From a bacterium (GTDB lineage: Bacteria > Bacillota_I > Bacilli_A > RF39 > UBA660): a stretch of DNA of 55,140 nucleotides. Of this stretch, positions 1 through 10,365 are shown piece by piece. Location of the stretch: positions 1 through 55,140 of the forward strand of contig CAVKUP010000002.1 of assembly GCA_963659735.1 (NCBI GenBank), given 5' to 3'. Both the position numbers and the translations under genes were made by a program. The notes beneath the pieces are model-generated. The model saw only the letters and a list, made by a program, of their open reading frames with translations. It was not told the DNA's origin and did no database searches. Position 1 is the first letter of the stretch; each line of letters begins with the position of its first letter.

Positions 1-31
1 ACCTATTTTATTACATATAGAATTAAATGTG

Positions 32-724
32 CTACTCCACATAGAATTTATTTATAGCCATTATTCTATATGGTTTAGCATATTTTACTTTTTCGGAAAA
101 ATCATAATACATTTCGTATAGTTTTTTTTCATCTGAAGCATTTTTCTTTAGTTTTGTTTTTAAAACCCCTTCGTTAAACGTATATTTTCGAATCCATTTT
201 CTATATGCGGCGTTATCGCTTATCCATTCGGCAATGATATATCCCGCCCCTTCAATGGCTTCATCTTGTGTTTTTACGTTTTCATTTATAAATTTTTGGG
301 TTAATGCATCTAGTGTAATGTTATTTGGAAATGACATTATTAGTTTTGCTAATGCTTCTAGACCATTTTTTATAGCTTCTGTTGCTTTTGTTTTCTTTTT
401 TTCTTTATATGGTCTATATAGATCTTCTACCTCAACTAGTTTTGCTGCATTCATTATTTGATTCTTTAATTCTTCTGTAAGTAATCCTTTTTCGTCAATT
501 AATCTAATAACATCTTCTTTACGTTCTAATAAATTTATTTGATACATATATACTTCATTTATTTTTTTTATGCTTTCCTCATCTAATCCACCTGTTACAT
601 CTTTACGATATCGTGCTATAAAAGGAATTGTATTTCCTTCTTGAAGTAAGGCTAATGTTTTTTCTATTTGTGTGTTTTTTATGTTTAAATCACTACTTAT
701 TTGTTTGATAATTTCATCATTCAT
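32..724 (-). CDS. Tex-like transcription accessory protein, N-terminal 230 aa only (full-length family members are about 700 aa)
   Basis: The N-terminus MNDEIIKQIS...IPFIARYRKDVTGGLDEE matches the Tex N-terminal helical domain. The ORF stops just after the conserved RIMAIN motif. No continuation is visible in the 31 nt left of the stop. Confidence 0.6.
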   Translation of the reverse strand: MNDEIIKQISSDLNIKNTQIEKTLALLQEGNTIPFIARYRKDVTGGLDEESIKKINEVYMYQINLLERKEDVIRLIDEKGLLTEELKNQIMNAAKLVEVEDLYRPYKEKKKTKATEAIKNGLEALAKLIMSFPNNITLDALTQKFINENVKTQDEAIEGAGYIIAEWISDNAAYRKWIRKYTFNEGVLKTKLKKNASDEKKLYEMYYDFSEKVKYAKPYRIMAINKFYVE

Positions 725-781
725 TTTATCACTACTTTCCTATAACATTATACCTATTAATCTATTTAATGTAAATAAATT

Positions 782-1984
782 CTAATATTTCTTAGAAATT
801 TTATTATTTAATAAACTTGCTTTTTTAATTATTTCAACTCCGTATTTTTGCTTAAGGTTATCTACTGTTTTTTCAAGGCTAGTACTTTGCTTTTTTGTTT
901 CTATGCTTTCAAATAATGAAACTTGGTGAGTAGGCGTTTCTACTAATTTATCTAGTCTTATTCCTATTAGTCTTACCCCATTTTCTATATTCATTTCGTT
1001 TAGTATTTCTATTGATGCTTTGTTTACTTCTTCGGCTAAGTTTATTGCATTGATTAAAGTTTTTTGATGAGTATATCGTTTAAAAAATTTATCTTTTAAT
1101 GTGACGGAAACTACATATGCATATTTATTTTGTTTACGTAATTCTAAGGATACGTTTTCGGATAAAGCAAGCAAATATAAATTCAACTGTGCTTTGTCAA
1201 ATATGTTTTTATTTAATGTTATTTCGTTTCCAATTCCTTTTTGATTATTTTGAGATGAGTTTACTATATCGGAACCTATTCCCTGGGCTTTACTTATCAT
1301 TTCTTGAGCTTGATTTTTAAAATGTTTATATAGTTGCTTTTGATTATAGTGGGCTAGGTCATAGATAGTATTTATATTTAATTTATGAAGTTTTAATGCA
1401 GTTTGTTTACCTATCCCGAATAAATCATCAACTTGTAATGGCCACATTTTATTTTTGATTTCATATGAATAGAGTGTATGAACTTTATATGGTTTTGAGA
1501 AATCTGATGCCATTTTAGCACATAGTTTGTTATTTGCAATACCAATATTTACTGTAAAACCTAGTTTATCTTTTATTTCTTTTTTTAATTTATATGCGAA
1601 TTGTAGTTCATTTCCATATAAATGTTTTACAGGTGTATAATCTAAAAAACATTCATCAATACTCATTTGTTCAATGTCTGGTGAATATGAACGGATAAGG
1701 TTCATCATATTATTACTCATTTGCTTATAAAATGAATAATTTGGTGGATATATATTTAAATTAGGACATTTCTTTTTTGCTGAATAAATTGTTTCTGCTG
1801 TCACTATTCCTAATTTTTTTGCAGGCATTGACTTTGCAAGTACTATTCCATGATTTGGCTTATCAATGCTTGCTATTATTGCATATGTATTTCTTATATC
1901 TTTTTCTCCTTGTTTTAAACGTAAAACAGCCGTCCATGATAGAAAGGCATTGTTTACATCAATATGCATGATTATTTTTTCCAT
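782..1984 (-). CDS. dinB: Y-family DNA polymerase IV
   Basis: MHIDVNNAFLSW N-terminus and SIDECFLD catalytic motif; 400 aa; AAGGAG RBS upstream. Confidence 0.85.
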   Translation of the reverse strand: MEKIIMHIDVNNAFLSWTAVLRLKQGEKDIRNTYAIIASIDKPNHGIVLAKSMPAKKLGIVTAETIYSAKKKCPNLNIYPPNYSFYKQMSNNMMNLIRSYSPDIEQMSIDECFLDYTPVKHLYGNELQFAYKLKKEIKDKLGFTVNIGIANNKLCAKMASDFSKPYKVHTLYSYEIKNKMWPLQVDDLFGIGKQTALKLHKLNINTIYDLAHYNQKQLYKHFKNQAQEMISKAQGIGSDIVNSSQNNQKGIGNEITLNKNIFDKAQLNLYLLALSENVSLELRKQNKYAYVVSVTLKDKFFKRYTHQKTLINAINLAEEVNKASIEILNEMNIENGVRLIGIRLDKLVETPTHQVSLFESIETKKQSTSLEKTVDNLKQKYGVEIIKKASLLNNKISKKY

Positions 1985-2021
1985 TTTTTCTCCTTTAATA
2001 AAAGCACACTTTGATGTGTGC

Positions 2022-2561
2022 TTATGAATAATATTTTCCTTTTTTTAAACTTCCTTTGGGCAGAAGAGCATAGACTGACGTTTGAACAAATTCATTAGCA
2101 AACGTTTTAGTTCTATCCCCTTTTTCATCGTCAATTGGATCAACCATTACTTTATAAAGTCCCAATCTTTGAGCAAATATCATATCTAGATATAATGAAT
2201 CACCCACCATCATTGTATTTTTTGGTGTACATTTTGAATCAAATAAATGATCTTTTATTAGTTTAAAATTTCCTTTAAATGGTTTCCCAGCATTTGCGAT
2301 AAATTTTATGTTTAACTTTTCAGCAACTGGTTTCACTCTTTTATATCCGCCACTTGAACATAATCCAGGTGTTATACCTGTTTGCTTTATTTTTGAAAAT
2401 AGTTCTATTAATTCTTCAGTTACTTCAGTATTATCAAATGAAAGAATAGTACAATCAACATCAAAAACAGCATATTTTATACCATTAGAATGTAATTTTG
2501 GATAATTTATGTCATATACAGTTGGCAGGTATATATCTGGAATTATTTCTGTTAAATTCAT
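2022..2561 (-). CDS. HAD-superfamily phosphatase, YqeG-like (subfamily IIIA)
   Basis: FDVDCTIL (HAD motif I variant) and MVGDSLYLDM (motif IV-like); 179 aa; GAGGTG RBS. Confidence 0.6.
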   Translation of the reverse strand: MNLTEIIPDIYLPTVYDINYPKLHSNGIKYAVFDVDCTILSFDNTEVTEELIELFSKIKQTGITPGLCSSGGYKRVKPVAEKLNIKFIANAGKPFKGNFKLIKDHLFDSKCTPKNTMMVGDSLYLDMIFAQRLGLYKVMVDPIDDEKGDRTKTFANEFVQTSVYALLPKGSLKKGKYYS

Positions 2562-2606
2562 TTTTTTTCACCTCTCGATGGAATGTATTATATCATATTA
2601 TATGTA

Positions 2607-3488
2607 TTATTCAAAATTTTTAATATATTCTAGCACTTCTTTTTTTGTTTTATTAAAATCTTCATAGTTTGTATGAAACCATTTTAGATTCATTTGATGA
2701 TTAAACCATGTGTACTGCCTTTTAGCATATTTTCTACTTTTAGTTTTAATAAGTTCTATAGCACTTTCTAAAGTTAGTTTTCCATCAAAATATTGAAATA
2801 GTTCTTTAGGACCAATCGGTGTCATTACTGCTTTAGTTTTTATTTTTAAATCGTATAAATCTTTTGCTTCTTGAATTAATCCTTGGCCTACCATTTCATC
2901 TACTCTTTTGTTTATTTTATAATAAAGTATATCCCTTTCGGTTGTTAGTCCAATAAATATTGTTTTGTAAAGTAATTTTTCATTTTTTGCTTTTTCACTA
3001 TATGGTTTTCCATTTGCATTATAGTAATTTAAGGCACTTATAATTCTTACTCTATTGTTTAGATGAATTGTGGTGTTTGGATCTACTTTTTTAAGCATTG
3101 TATAAAGTTCATCATTACTGATTCCTTCATAGGCTTCATTTAATTTGTTTTCAAATTTATAGTCATATAATGCGGCATTTATATATAGACCTGTGCCACC
3201 TACTAATATTGGTGTTTTGCCTCTTGAGATAACATCATCAATTATTTTTCTAGCATCTTTTTGATAATCAAATACTGTATAGTTTTCATTTAAATCTTTT
3301 TCATCAAATAAATAATGTTTGATTCCTTCAGTATCTTTTACTTTATTTGTTGCGATATTCATCCCTTTGTATATTTGGGTACTATCAGCATTAATAATTT
3401 CACCGTTTAATTCATGGGCTAGAAAAAGGCTTAAATCTGTTTTACCGACTGCGGTCGGTCCTGTTATAACTATTACCAATTTTATCAC
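2607..3488 (-). CDS. miaA: tRNA dimethylallyltransferase
   Basis: P-loop GPTAVGKT at the N-terminus, QIYKGMNIATNK motif, 293 aa. Confidence 0.9.
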   Translation of the reverse strand: MIKLVIVITGPTAVGKTDLSLFLAHELNGEIINADSTQIYKGMNIATNKVKDTEGIKHYLFDEKDLNENYTVFDYQKDARKIIDDVISRGKTPILVGGTGLYINAALYDYKFENKLNEAYEGISNDELYTMLKKVDPNTTIHLNNRVRIISALNYYNANGKPYSEKAKNEKLLYKTIFIGLTTERDILYYKINKRVDEMVGQGLIQEAKDLYDLKIKTKAVMTPIGPKELFQYFDGKLTLESAIELIKTKSRKYAKRQYTWFNHQMNLKWFHTNYEDFNKTKKEVLEYIKNFE

Positions 3489-4514
3489 CTACTTTATTAA
3501 CATGCTATCGCCAAATGAGAAGAATCTATATTCGTTTTTTATTGCCTCGTTATATGCTTTCATTATATTTTCTTTGCCTGCTAGTGCACTAACTAGCATA
3601 ACTAAGGTTGATTTTGGTAAATGAAAGTTAGTGATTAATTTATCAACTGCTTTAAATTTGTATCCAGGATATATGAATATATCTGTCCACCCTGAACATT
3701 CTTTAAATGTTTCATATTTATTAGCAACTGTTTCTAACACTCTAGTTGATGTTGTTCCTACACTTATTATTTTATGTCCTTTATTTTTTGTATCATTTAA
3801 TAATTCTGCGACTTGTTTGGTCATGATATAATATTCACTATGCATTTTATGTTTTGATACATCCTCGACATTAACTGGTCTAAATGTTCCAAGGCCAACG
3901 TGCAAAGTAACATAAGCTAGGTTGATGCCTTTGTTTTTTATTTTTGTAAGAAGTTCTTGAGTAAAATGAAGACCAGCTGTTGGTGCAGCTGCACTACCGA
4001 TGTTTTTTGCATATACTGTTTGATATCTATCTTTATCTTTTAGTTTTTCATGTATATATGGTGGTAGTGGCATCTCTCCTAATTGATCCAATATTTCATA
4101 TAGTATTCCTTGATATTCTAATTTAAATATTCTAATACCTTCGTCTTTTGTTTCTTTACATATGGCTTTTAATTTCCCATTTGCGAATGATATAATAGTA
4201 CCTACTTTTATTCTTTTTGCAGGTTTTGTTAAACATTCCCAAGTATCATTTCCTTCATCTTTTAATAATAAAACTTCTACAACGGCATTTGTTTCTTCTT
4301 TAACTCCGTATAATCTTGCGGGCATGACTTTTGTATCGTTTAAAACTAATGTATCACCTTTTTCAAGATAATCAATGATATCTGTAAAGTGTTTATGATT
4401 TATATCACCTGTTTTTTTATCTAAGACAAGTAGTTTTGATGAATCACGCTTTTCTAATGGGGTTTGAGCAATTAGTTTTTCTGGTAAATAAAAGTCAAAA
4501 TCATCTGTTTTCAT
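3489..4514 (-). CDS. queA: S-adenosylmethionine:tRNA ribosyltransferase-isomerase
   Basis: [27 protein letters not shown]-terminus typical of QueA; 341 aa; abuts miaA. Confidence 0.92.
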   Translation of the reverse strand: MKTDDFDFYLPEKLIAQTPLEKRDSSKLLVLDKKTGDINHKHFTDIIDYLEKGDTLVLNDTKVMPARLYGVKEETNAVVEVLLLKDEGNDTWECLTKPAKRIKVGTIISFANGKLKAICKETKDEGIRIFKLEYQGILYEILDQLGEMPLPPYIHEKLKDKDRYQTVYAKNIGSAAAPTAGLHFTQELLTKIKNKGINLAYVTLHVGLGTFRPVNVEDVSKHKMHSEYYIMTKQVAELLNDTKNKGHKIISVGTTSTRVLETVANKYETFKECSGWTDIFIYPGYKFKAVDKLITNFHLPKSTLVMLVSALAGKENIMKAYNEAIKNEYRFFSFGDSMLIK

Positions 4515-5508
4515 ATTTATCCTCCATTTCTTTTTTCAAATGTTTATATGCCTTTTCGGTTACTACTCTTCCCCTATTTGTTCTTTTTAAAAAGCCATTT
4601 TGAAGAAGGTAAGGTTCGTAAACATCTTCGATTGTTGACGCTTCTTCACCAATAGATGATGCAAGCGCGTCAATACCTACTGGACCACCATTAAATCTTT
4701 CAATGATAGCATTTAATAGATTATAATCTGTTGCATCTAGTCCATAATCATCTACCTTTAGTTTTTTTAAGGCTAATTTTGTTATTTCTAAATCTATATT
4801 ACCTTTACCCATAACTAAGGCGTAATCACGAACTCTTTTAAATAGTCTATTGGCTATTCTTGGAGTTCCTCTGCTTCTTCTAGCTAGCTCTAAGGCTGCC
4901 GATTCATCAATATTTGTTTCTAAAACTCTACTTGTTCTTAATACGATATCTTTTAGTTCTTCTTCTGTATAAAAGTTTAGCTTAGAAACTATTCCAAATC
5001 TATCACGTAAAGGTCCTGTTAAATCACCTGCTCTTGTGGTTGCTCCCACTAATGTGAATGGCGGAAGGTCTATTGTAATATTTCTACTTGATGAATCTGA
5101 TCCAACGATGATATCTAATTTAAAATCTTCCATGGCAGAATATAATATTTCTTCAATGAATCTAGGTATTCTATGAATTTCATCGATGAACAGTACATCA
5201 CCTGGTTCTAATGTTGATAAAACCGCAGCAAGATCACCACTTTTTTCAATGGCTGGACCGCTTGTTGTTTTTATGTTTCCTCCCATTTCATTTGAAATAA
5301 TATAAGCCATTGTTGTTTTACCTAGCCCTGGTGGGCCATAAAGTAAAACGTGGTCTAGAACTTCATCACGCATTTTAGCCGCCTTCATGAATATATCTAG
5401 ATTTTCTTTTAATTCACTTTGACCAATATATTCTTCTAAGGATTCTGGTCTTAATGAAATTTCATTGTCTTCTTTTTTCTTTTCACCGCTTATAATTCTA
5501 TCATCCAT
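4501..5508 (-). CDS. ruvB: Holliday junction branch migration ATPase RuvB
   Basis: Walker [15 protein letters not shown] Walker B region, 335 aa, downstream of ruvA. Confidence 0.95.
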   Translation of the reverse strand: MDDRIISGEKKKEDNEISLRPESLEEYIGQSELKENLDIFMKAAKMRDEVLDHVLLYGPPGLGKTTMAYIISNEMGGNIKTTSGPAIEKSGDLAAVLSTLEPGDVLFIDEIHRIPRFIEEILYSAMEDFKLDIIVGSDSSSRNITIDLPPFTLVGATTRAGDLTGPLRDRFGIVSKLNFYTEEELKDIVLRTSRVLETNIDESAALELARRSRGTPRIANRLFKRVRDYALVMGKGNIDLEITKLALKKLKVDDYGLDATDYNLLNAIIERFNGGPVGIDALASSIGEEASTIEDVYEPYLLQNGFLKRTNRGRVVTEKAYKHLKKEMEDKYENR

Positions 5509-5519
5509 TTTTTACCCCC

Positions 5520-6065
5520 TTATTTTAATAGTAATTTTAGTGATTCTTTAATTTGATTTTCAATACTTAATGAACTATCTACTTTTTTTACTACTTTGTT
5601 TATATCGGTGTTTTTATAGCCTAAGCTTTTTAGAGCATCAACAAGTTCGTCATTAATTACTACCTCTTCTTTTGAAGGTGTTAATTTCCCTTTTAAATCT
5701 AATATTATTTGTCGTGCTAGTTTATCACCAATTTTAGGAAATTTTTTTAGATATAAAATATTTTCTCTTTCGATTGCATCAATCACCGCACTAGGAGATG
5801 ATGCAAGCATTGGTAGTGCCATTTTACACCCTAATCCCTTAACTGAAGTTAATTTTAAAAACAATTGTTTTTCTTCAGTTGTTTTAAAGCCATATAGACT
5901 AATTTCATCTTCTCTAACGTATTGATATAGATATATTGTATATTCTTTATCCATTTCAAATGAATATGGATTTGATGTGTGTATTAAATATCCAATTCCA
6001 TTATTGTCTAAAACAATATAATCACTTTCTATTTCTTTTATATAACCTTTTATATATGCATACAT
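5520..6065 (-). CDS. ruvA: Holliday junction DNA-binding protein RuvA
   Basis: MYAYIKG N-terminus and SVKGLGCKMA helix-hairpin-helix. I prefer the ATG at 6065 (AGGGTG RBS 6 nt upstream) over the GTG at 6074 in the ORF track. Confidence 0.9.
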   Translation of the reverse strand: MYAYIKGYIKEIESDYIVLDNNGIGYLIHTSNPYSFEMDKEYTIYLYQYVREDEISLYGFKTTEEKQLFLKLTSVKGLGCKMALPMLASSPSAVIDAIERENILYLKKFPKIGDKLARQIILDLKGKLTPSKEEVVINDELVDALKSLGYKNTDINKVVKKVDSSLSIENQIKESLKLLLK

Positions 6066-6150
6066 TTTAAACACCCTATTACATTATAACACGAACAAGT
6101 GTTATTACAAATTATTTTATTGAATTTATTTTTATATAAAAAAAGAGTAT

Positions 6151-7419
6151 TTACTCTTTAAATTCAAATTCATAATCTAATATTTTAATAATATCACCAT
6201 CTTGAGCACCTAATTGTTTTAATTCATCGTCAATTCCCATTTTTCTTAATTTATTTGAAAATCTTAATACTGCCTCATCAGTATCTAATCTACTCATTAT
6301 TAATAATTTTTCAATTTGTTTACCACTAATTATCCATGAATTATTGTCTTTTTTAATTTTATATGGTTTTTCTTCTTTAAATTTATATATAACATGACTT
6401 TCAAATTTATCACTATTGTATAGTTCTTTTTTAGGAATATTATCTAGCGTATCAGCAATTACATTTAATATTTTAGAAATTCCTTCCCCATTGATAGCCG
6501 ACATTTCATATATTTGTTTATTTACTTTTTGTTTAAATTTTTCCAGATTTTTTTTAGAATCAGGCATATCCATTTTATTTGCAATGATAATTTGTGGTTT
6601 TTCTAATAATTTTTTATCAAAACTTTCTAATTCTTTATTTATTGTTATGTAATCATTATAAGGATCATTTGTATATCCACTCATATCAATTATGTGGGCA
6701 ATAACCCTTGTTCTTTCAACATGCTTTAAGAATCTATCACCTAATCCATGACCTAATGAAGCCCCTTCAATTAATCCAGGTAAATCAGCAACAACAAAAC
6801 TACGATTATCATTTGTTTTAACTACTCCGAGATTGGGCTTTAAAGTTGTGAATGGATAGTCAGCAATTTTAGGACGTGATGCAGATATTTTTGATATAAA
6901 TGTTGATTTCCCAACGCTTGGCATTCCTACTAATCCTACATCAGCCATTAGTTTTAGTTCTATTTTTATTTTTATTTTTTCTCCCGGTTCGCCGTTTTCT
7001 GCATAATGAGGTGCGGGATTTGATTGTGTGGCAAACGCCATGTTTCCTCTACCTCCACGTCCACCTTTTGCAATTACGAACTCTTCTTCAGGTTGTGTTA
7101 GATCAGCAATTACTAAATTAGTATCATAATCAGTTACAACAGTTCCTTGTGGGACAGGAATTATTATATTTTCAGCATTTTTTCCATGCATTCCTTTTCC
7201 TAGCCCATTTTCCCCATGATGTCCTTTGATTATTTTTTTATATTTAAAATCAACTAATGTATTAAGTCCTGTATCTACTTTAAATATAATGTCTGATCCT
7301 TTTCCTCCGTTACCACCAAAAGGACCACCCATGGCAACATATTTTTCTCTTCTAAATGCAAGGCATCCATCACCACCAGATCCTGCAATTAGTTCCACTA
7401 TTGCTTCATCTATAAACAT
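6151..7419 (-). CDS. obg: GTPase Obg/CgtA
   Basis: Glycine-rich Obg fold (GGDGCLAFRREKY, GGNGGKGSD), G1 motif GMPSVGKST, C-terminal OCT-like domain, 422 aa. Confidence 0.95.
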   Translation of the reverse strand: MFIDEAIVELIAGSGGDGCLAFRREKYVAMGGPFGGNGGKGSDIIFKVDTGLNTLVDFKYKKIIKGHHGENGLGKGMHGKNAENIIIPVPQGTVVTDYDTNLVIADLTQPEEEFVIAKGGRGGRGNMAFATQSNPAPHYAENGEPGEKIKIKIELKLMADVGLVGMPSVGKSTFISKISASRPKIADYPFTTLKPNLGVVKTNDNRSFVVADLPGLIEGASLGHGLGDRFLKHVERTRVIAHIIDMSGYTNDPYNDYITINKELESFDKKLLEKPQIIIANKMDMPDSKKNLEKFKQKVNKQIYEMSAINGEGISKILNVIADTLDNIPKKELYNSDKFESHVIYKFKEEKPYKIKKDNNSWIISGKQIEKLLIMSRLDTDEAVLRFSNKLRKMGIDDELKQLGAQDGDIIKILDYEFEFKE

Positions 7420-7493
7420 AATAATCCGCTCCTAACTAAGTATATTATACATTAGAATATTAATAATAACAAGAAAAACACGCATAAGCGTGT

Positions 7494-7961
7494 TTATTTC
7501 CAATGTATTGTAGCATCTTCTGCACCCCATGGAAAGCCTGATAATGTTCCTGTGTCGGATGTTTTAATATAGAATATTATTCCATCATTTTCTTGAAATG
7601 CATCCGATGAAATTTCTATTATATTTGATTGTATTGTTATGTTTACTAATGATTTATCTTTAAAGGCTGCAGGACCTATGGTGTCTACTAATTTACCATT
7701 AATTACCGTTGGTATAAAAACTGTTTTATCACAATCTATACTATAATCGGTTATTGTGATGTTCCCATTGGAATTTGATGTATATGTAAAGCAAGATGTA
7801 TCAGTTGTTAGATTTTGTACATCATCTAAGGCACTTTCTTTTATTTTATCGTTGCTTAATTTATGGCTTGATAATATTGATACCGTTGATGCTACTAAAG
7901 CCAAAAAAACTGATAGTATTCCATAAAGAAGAGCGGAAGAAACAAAGCCATTTTTTTTCAT
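7494..7961 (-). CDS. Small exported or anchored protein with a pilin-like N-terminus (no Glu at +5) and BspA-type leucine-rich repeats
   Basis: The N-terminus MKKNG-FVSSALLYGILSVFLALV resembles a prepilin leader plus hydrophobic helix. The C-terminal half reads FIPTVINGKLVDTIGPAAFKDKSLVNITIQSNIIEISSDAFQ, which fits the LRR_5/BspA repeat pattern. Confidence 0.5.
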   Translation of the reverse strand: MKKNGFVSSALLYGILSVFLALVASTVSILSSHKLSNDKIKESALDDVQNLTTDTSCFTYTSNSNGNITITDYSIDCDKTVFIPTVINGKLVDTIGPAAFKDKSLVNITIQSNIIEISSDAFQENDGIIFYIKTSDTGTLSGFPWGAEDATIHWK

Positions 7962-8207
7962 ATTAATCCCCTTACCTTTTATAAAAATTATACTCTATTT
8001 GTTTATTTAAGGCAAGTGGGCCTTTTAACTGTATTGATGAATTTTTTTATCATATAGTGTTAGTGGTGATAGTATGAGGAATATTTGGTATGGCAAGGGT
8101 AAATGGCCTTTATTATGTGTATGATTATTCTTTTATATCAAATTTTAATTACTATTTTTATAGTATCAAGATTTAACGTATTTTTGATATTTATTTTTTT
8201 AGTTTTT

Positions 8208-9095
8208 CTATGTTTTTGTATTTTTAAGATTATGTTTTGAAAGTTCATTTGCTTTTATTATTATGTTTATCATTTTGTTTATTTTTTTACAGTTTTGATA
8301 TTCGGATAATTTAAAATCAATTAATAATGGCTGTGTAATTAAAATATAAAATAATTTTCTTTCATCTTCTAATAGTGGATAATGTTTTTCGTATATTTTA
8401 ATTATTGTTTCAAAGTCAAAATCTAAAGCATGATTTAAATATAATTTATATAAATCAAATACTGGTGAGGCTATTTTTGCTTTATCCCAACTAGTTAAAT
8501 ATGGTTTATCCGATATGATAAAATGTGAAAGATCTAAATTATTATGTATGATAACGCGACGTTCTTTTTTCTTTTCTTTGATATGACTATACCAATTGTC
8601 TAAATTTTCTTTATTTTGATTTAACGATTTGTATATAATTGATATATTTCTAGCAAGTAAGTATTGTGATGGCGACATATAAACTTTACTTTCGATGATG
8701 GTTATCATATCTGTATAATATGTATACAAATAGCTTATATTATTATTTAAATCTTCATATATTTTTTCATAATAATCTAAATCAATTTCTTTATAATGCG
8801 TTGTTTTAGAATGTAAAAGTGCGACCGTTTTGATTAAGTCTATTATTTTTTGCTCATCTGGAATAGAAAGATTATCTATATACTGCGTTAGCTGGTATTC
8901 TTCATTAATATTGTTTAAAAAATGTGGTAAATATTCATAGTTACGGGATTTTAAGTAGTCAAATATTTGATTATTTAGTTTTCCTTCTTTGTATACAAAT
9001 GAATTATTTGTAGTTTTTATAATTATTATTTTTCCATTTTTTTCATATCCAATAGGTTTTATATTATAATTTTTTAAAATTTTATTAAGTTTCAT
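8208..9095 (-). CDS. CotS/YsxE-family spore coat protein (kinase-like fold)
   Basis: 295 aa with an HNNLDLSHF catalytic-loop-like motif. It overlaps the upstream LysM/SpoVID-like gene by 11 nt, mirroring the Bacillus spoVID-ysxE order. Confidence 0.55.
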   Translation of the reverse strand: MKLNKILKNYNIKPIGYEKNGKIIIIKTTNNSFVYKEGKLNNQIFDYLKSRNYEYLPHFLNNINEEYQLTQYIDNLSIPDEQKIIDLIKTVALLHSKTTHYKEIDLDYYEKIYEDLNNNISYLYTYYTDMITIIESKVYMSPSQYLLARNISIIYKSLNQNKENLDNWYSHIKEKKKERRVIIHNNLDLSHFIISDKPYLTSWDKAKIASPVFDLYKLYLNHALDFDFETIIKIYEKHYPLLEDERKLFYILITQPLLIDFKLSEYQNCKKINKMINIIIKANELSKHNLKNTKT

Positions 9096-9684
9096 TAGAT
9101 GGTATTATTATTTTATCGAAAATATTTAAGTTATTTAGATTATTATATTTTTCTAGCTCTTCTTTTGTTACCCCATATTTTTCAGATATTAATAAGACTG
9201 TATCATTTTCTTTGACAACATGAACTTTGTATGTGACATATCTTTCATTATTATCTAAATCTGAAAATACTGATTTTATGCTTTCTTCTTCTACTTTATT
9301 TTCTTCTGCTTCATTATTTATTATGTTTTCTTCTAATTTAGTTTCTCTTACTTTTTCAATTTCTTTCAAGCCATCAATAGATATTTCAATGCTGATTGAT
9401 AACATTTTATCATCTTTTATTTCATAGTAAAAATCATTAATATCTATTGTTATATCTGAGGTGTTATATTTTTTATCAATACTAATATCAAATGGAAGAT
9501 TGTATTCAAAATTATCGGTTGTTAGGCTTGCGGATGAAATTTTATAAGTTCCGGTTATTTTAAATTCCCCTGATATTAAGTTTTTATCTTTTAATTTTAG
9601 ATTATGATCTAAAGATATACTACTAATTTGTGCTAAAGTGTTTTCAAATAAAATGTCCTTGTTAAATGGAACAATTTTTTTCAT
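9085..9684 (-). CDS. SpoVID-like sporulation protein with C-terminal LysM domain
   Basis: C-terminal LysM (YKVHVVKENDTVLLISEKYGVTKEELEKYNNLNNLNIFDKIIIP). The N-terminal region (VPFNKDILFENTLAQISSISLDH...ISGEFKITGTY) resembles the SpoVID N-domain. Confidence 0.55.
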   Translation of the reverse strand: MKKIVPFNKDILFENTLAQISSISLDHNLKLKDKNLISGEFKITGTYKISSASLTTDNFEYNLPFDISIDKKYNTSDITIDINDFYYEIKDDKMLSISIEISIDGLKEIEKVRETKLEENIINNEAEENKVEEESIKSVFSDLDNNERYVTYKVHVVKENDTVLLISEKYGVTKEELEKYNNLNNLNIFDKIIIPSNET

Positions 9685-9714
9685 TTAAATCCCTCCCTAT
9701 ATAAGATATATGCA

Positions 9715-10317
9715 CTATAGTAATAGATTTTCATAAATTTTTGTTGCGTTATCAAAGTTTGTTTTATTCCATATATTTTCTAAATACAATTCTTTTTCAT
9801 TTTTATATTTTAAATAATAAGCATGTTCCCACATGTCAATTGCAAAAAGAGGTATTAAATTATATGTGTATGATGTCTCTTGATTTGGAAGGTTTATAAT
9901 TGATAAGTTTCCCTGACTATCTGTAACTAAGAAAGTATAACCACTTCCTGTTAATATTTTTGCTTTTGAAATGAATATATTTTTGAAATTTTCAAAATTT
10001 TTATATGTTTCAGTTATTTTTTTTTGAAGTTTGCCTTTTGGATTTGATTTTTGTTTATTTAAACTCATAAAATAAAGTTCATGATTTAAAACGCCACCTG
10101 CATTGTATAATGTTATGCCTCTTTTTTCTAGTGGTAATTCTTCTATTTTTTTAGGTATATCTTCTAGTTTAATTCCTGATATTAATTTATTTAAATTGAA
10201 TAAATATTTTTTATAATGTTTGTTGTAGTGGATATTAACTGTTTGCTCATCGATGTATGGCTGTAAATCGTTATAGTCATATGGTAAGATTATACTATTA
10301 TACATTTTTTCACCCAT
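9715..10317 (-). CDS. sodA: Fe/Mn superoxide dismutase
   Basis: LPYDYNDLQPYID, HYNKHY and DMWEHAYYLKY motifs. The true start could be the internal ATG (MYNSI). Confidence 0.9.
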   Translation of the reverse strand: MGEKMYNSIILPYDYNDLQPYIDEQTVNIHYNKHYKKYLFNLNKLISGIKLEDIPKKIEELPLEKRGITLYNAGGVLNHELYFMSLNKQKSNPKGKLQKKITETYKNFENFKNIFISKAKILTGSGYTFLVTDSQGNLSIINLPNQETSYTYNLIPLFAIDMWEHAYYLKYKNEKELYLENIWNKTNFDNATKIYENLLL

Positions 10318-10365
10318 TAGATTATATTAATTTAAAAGAAAAAAAGTACTAAAACATACTAATAA

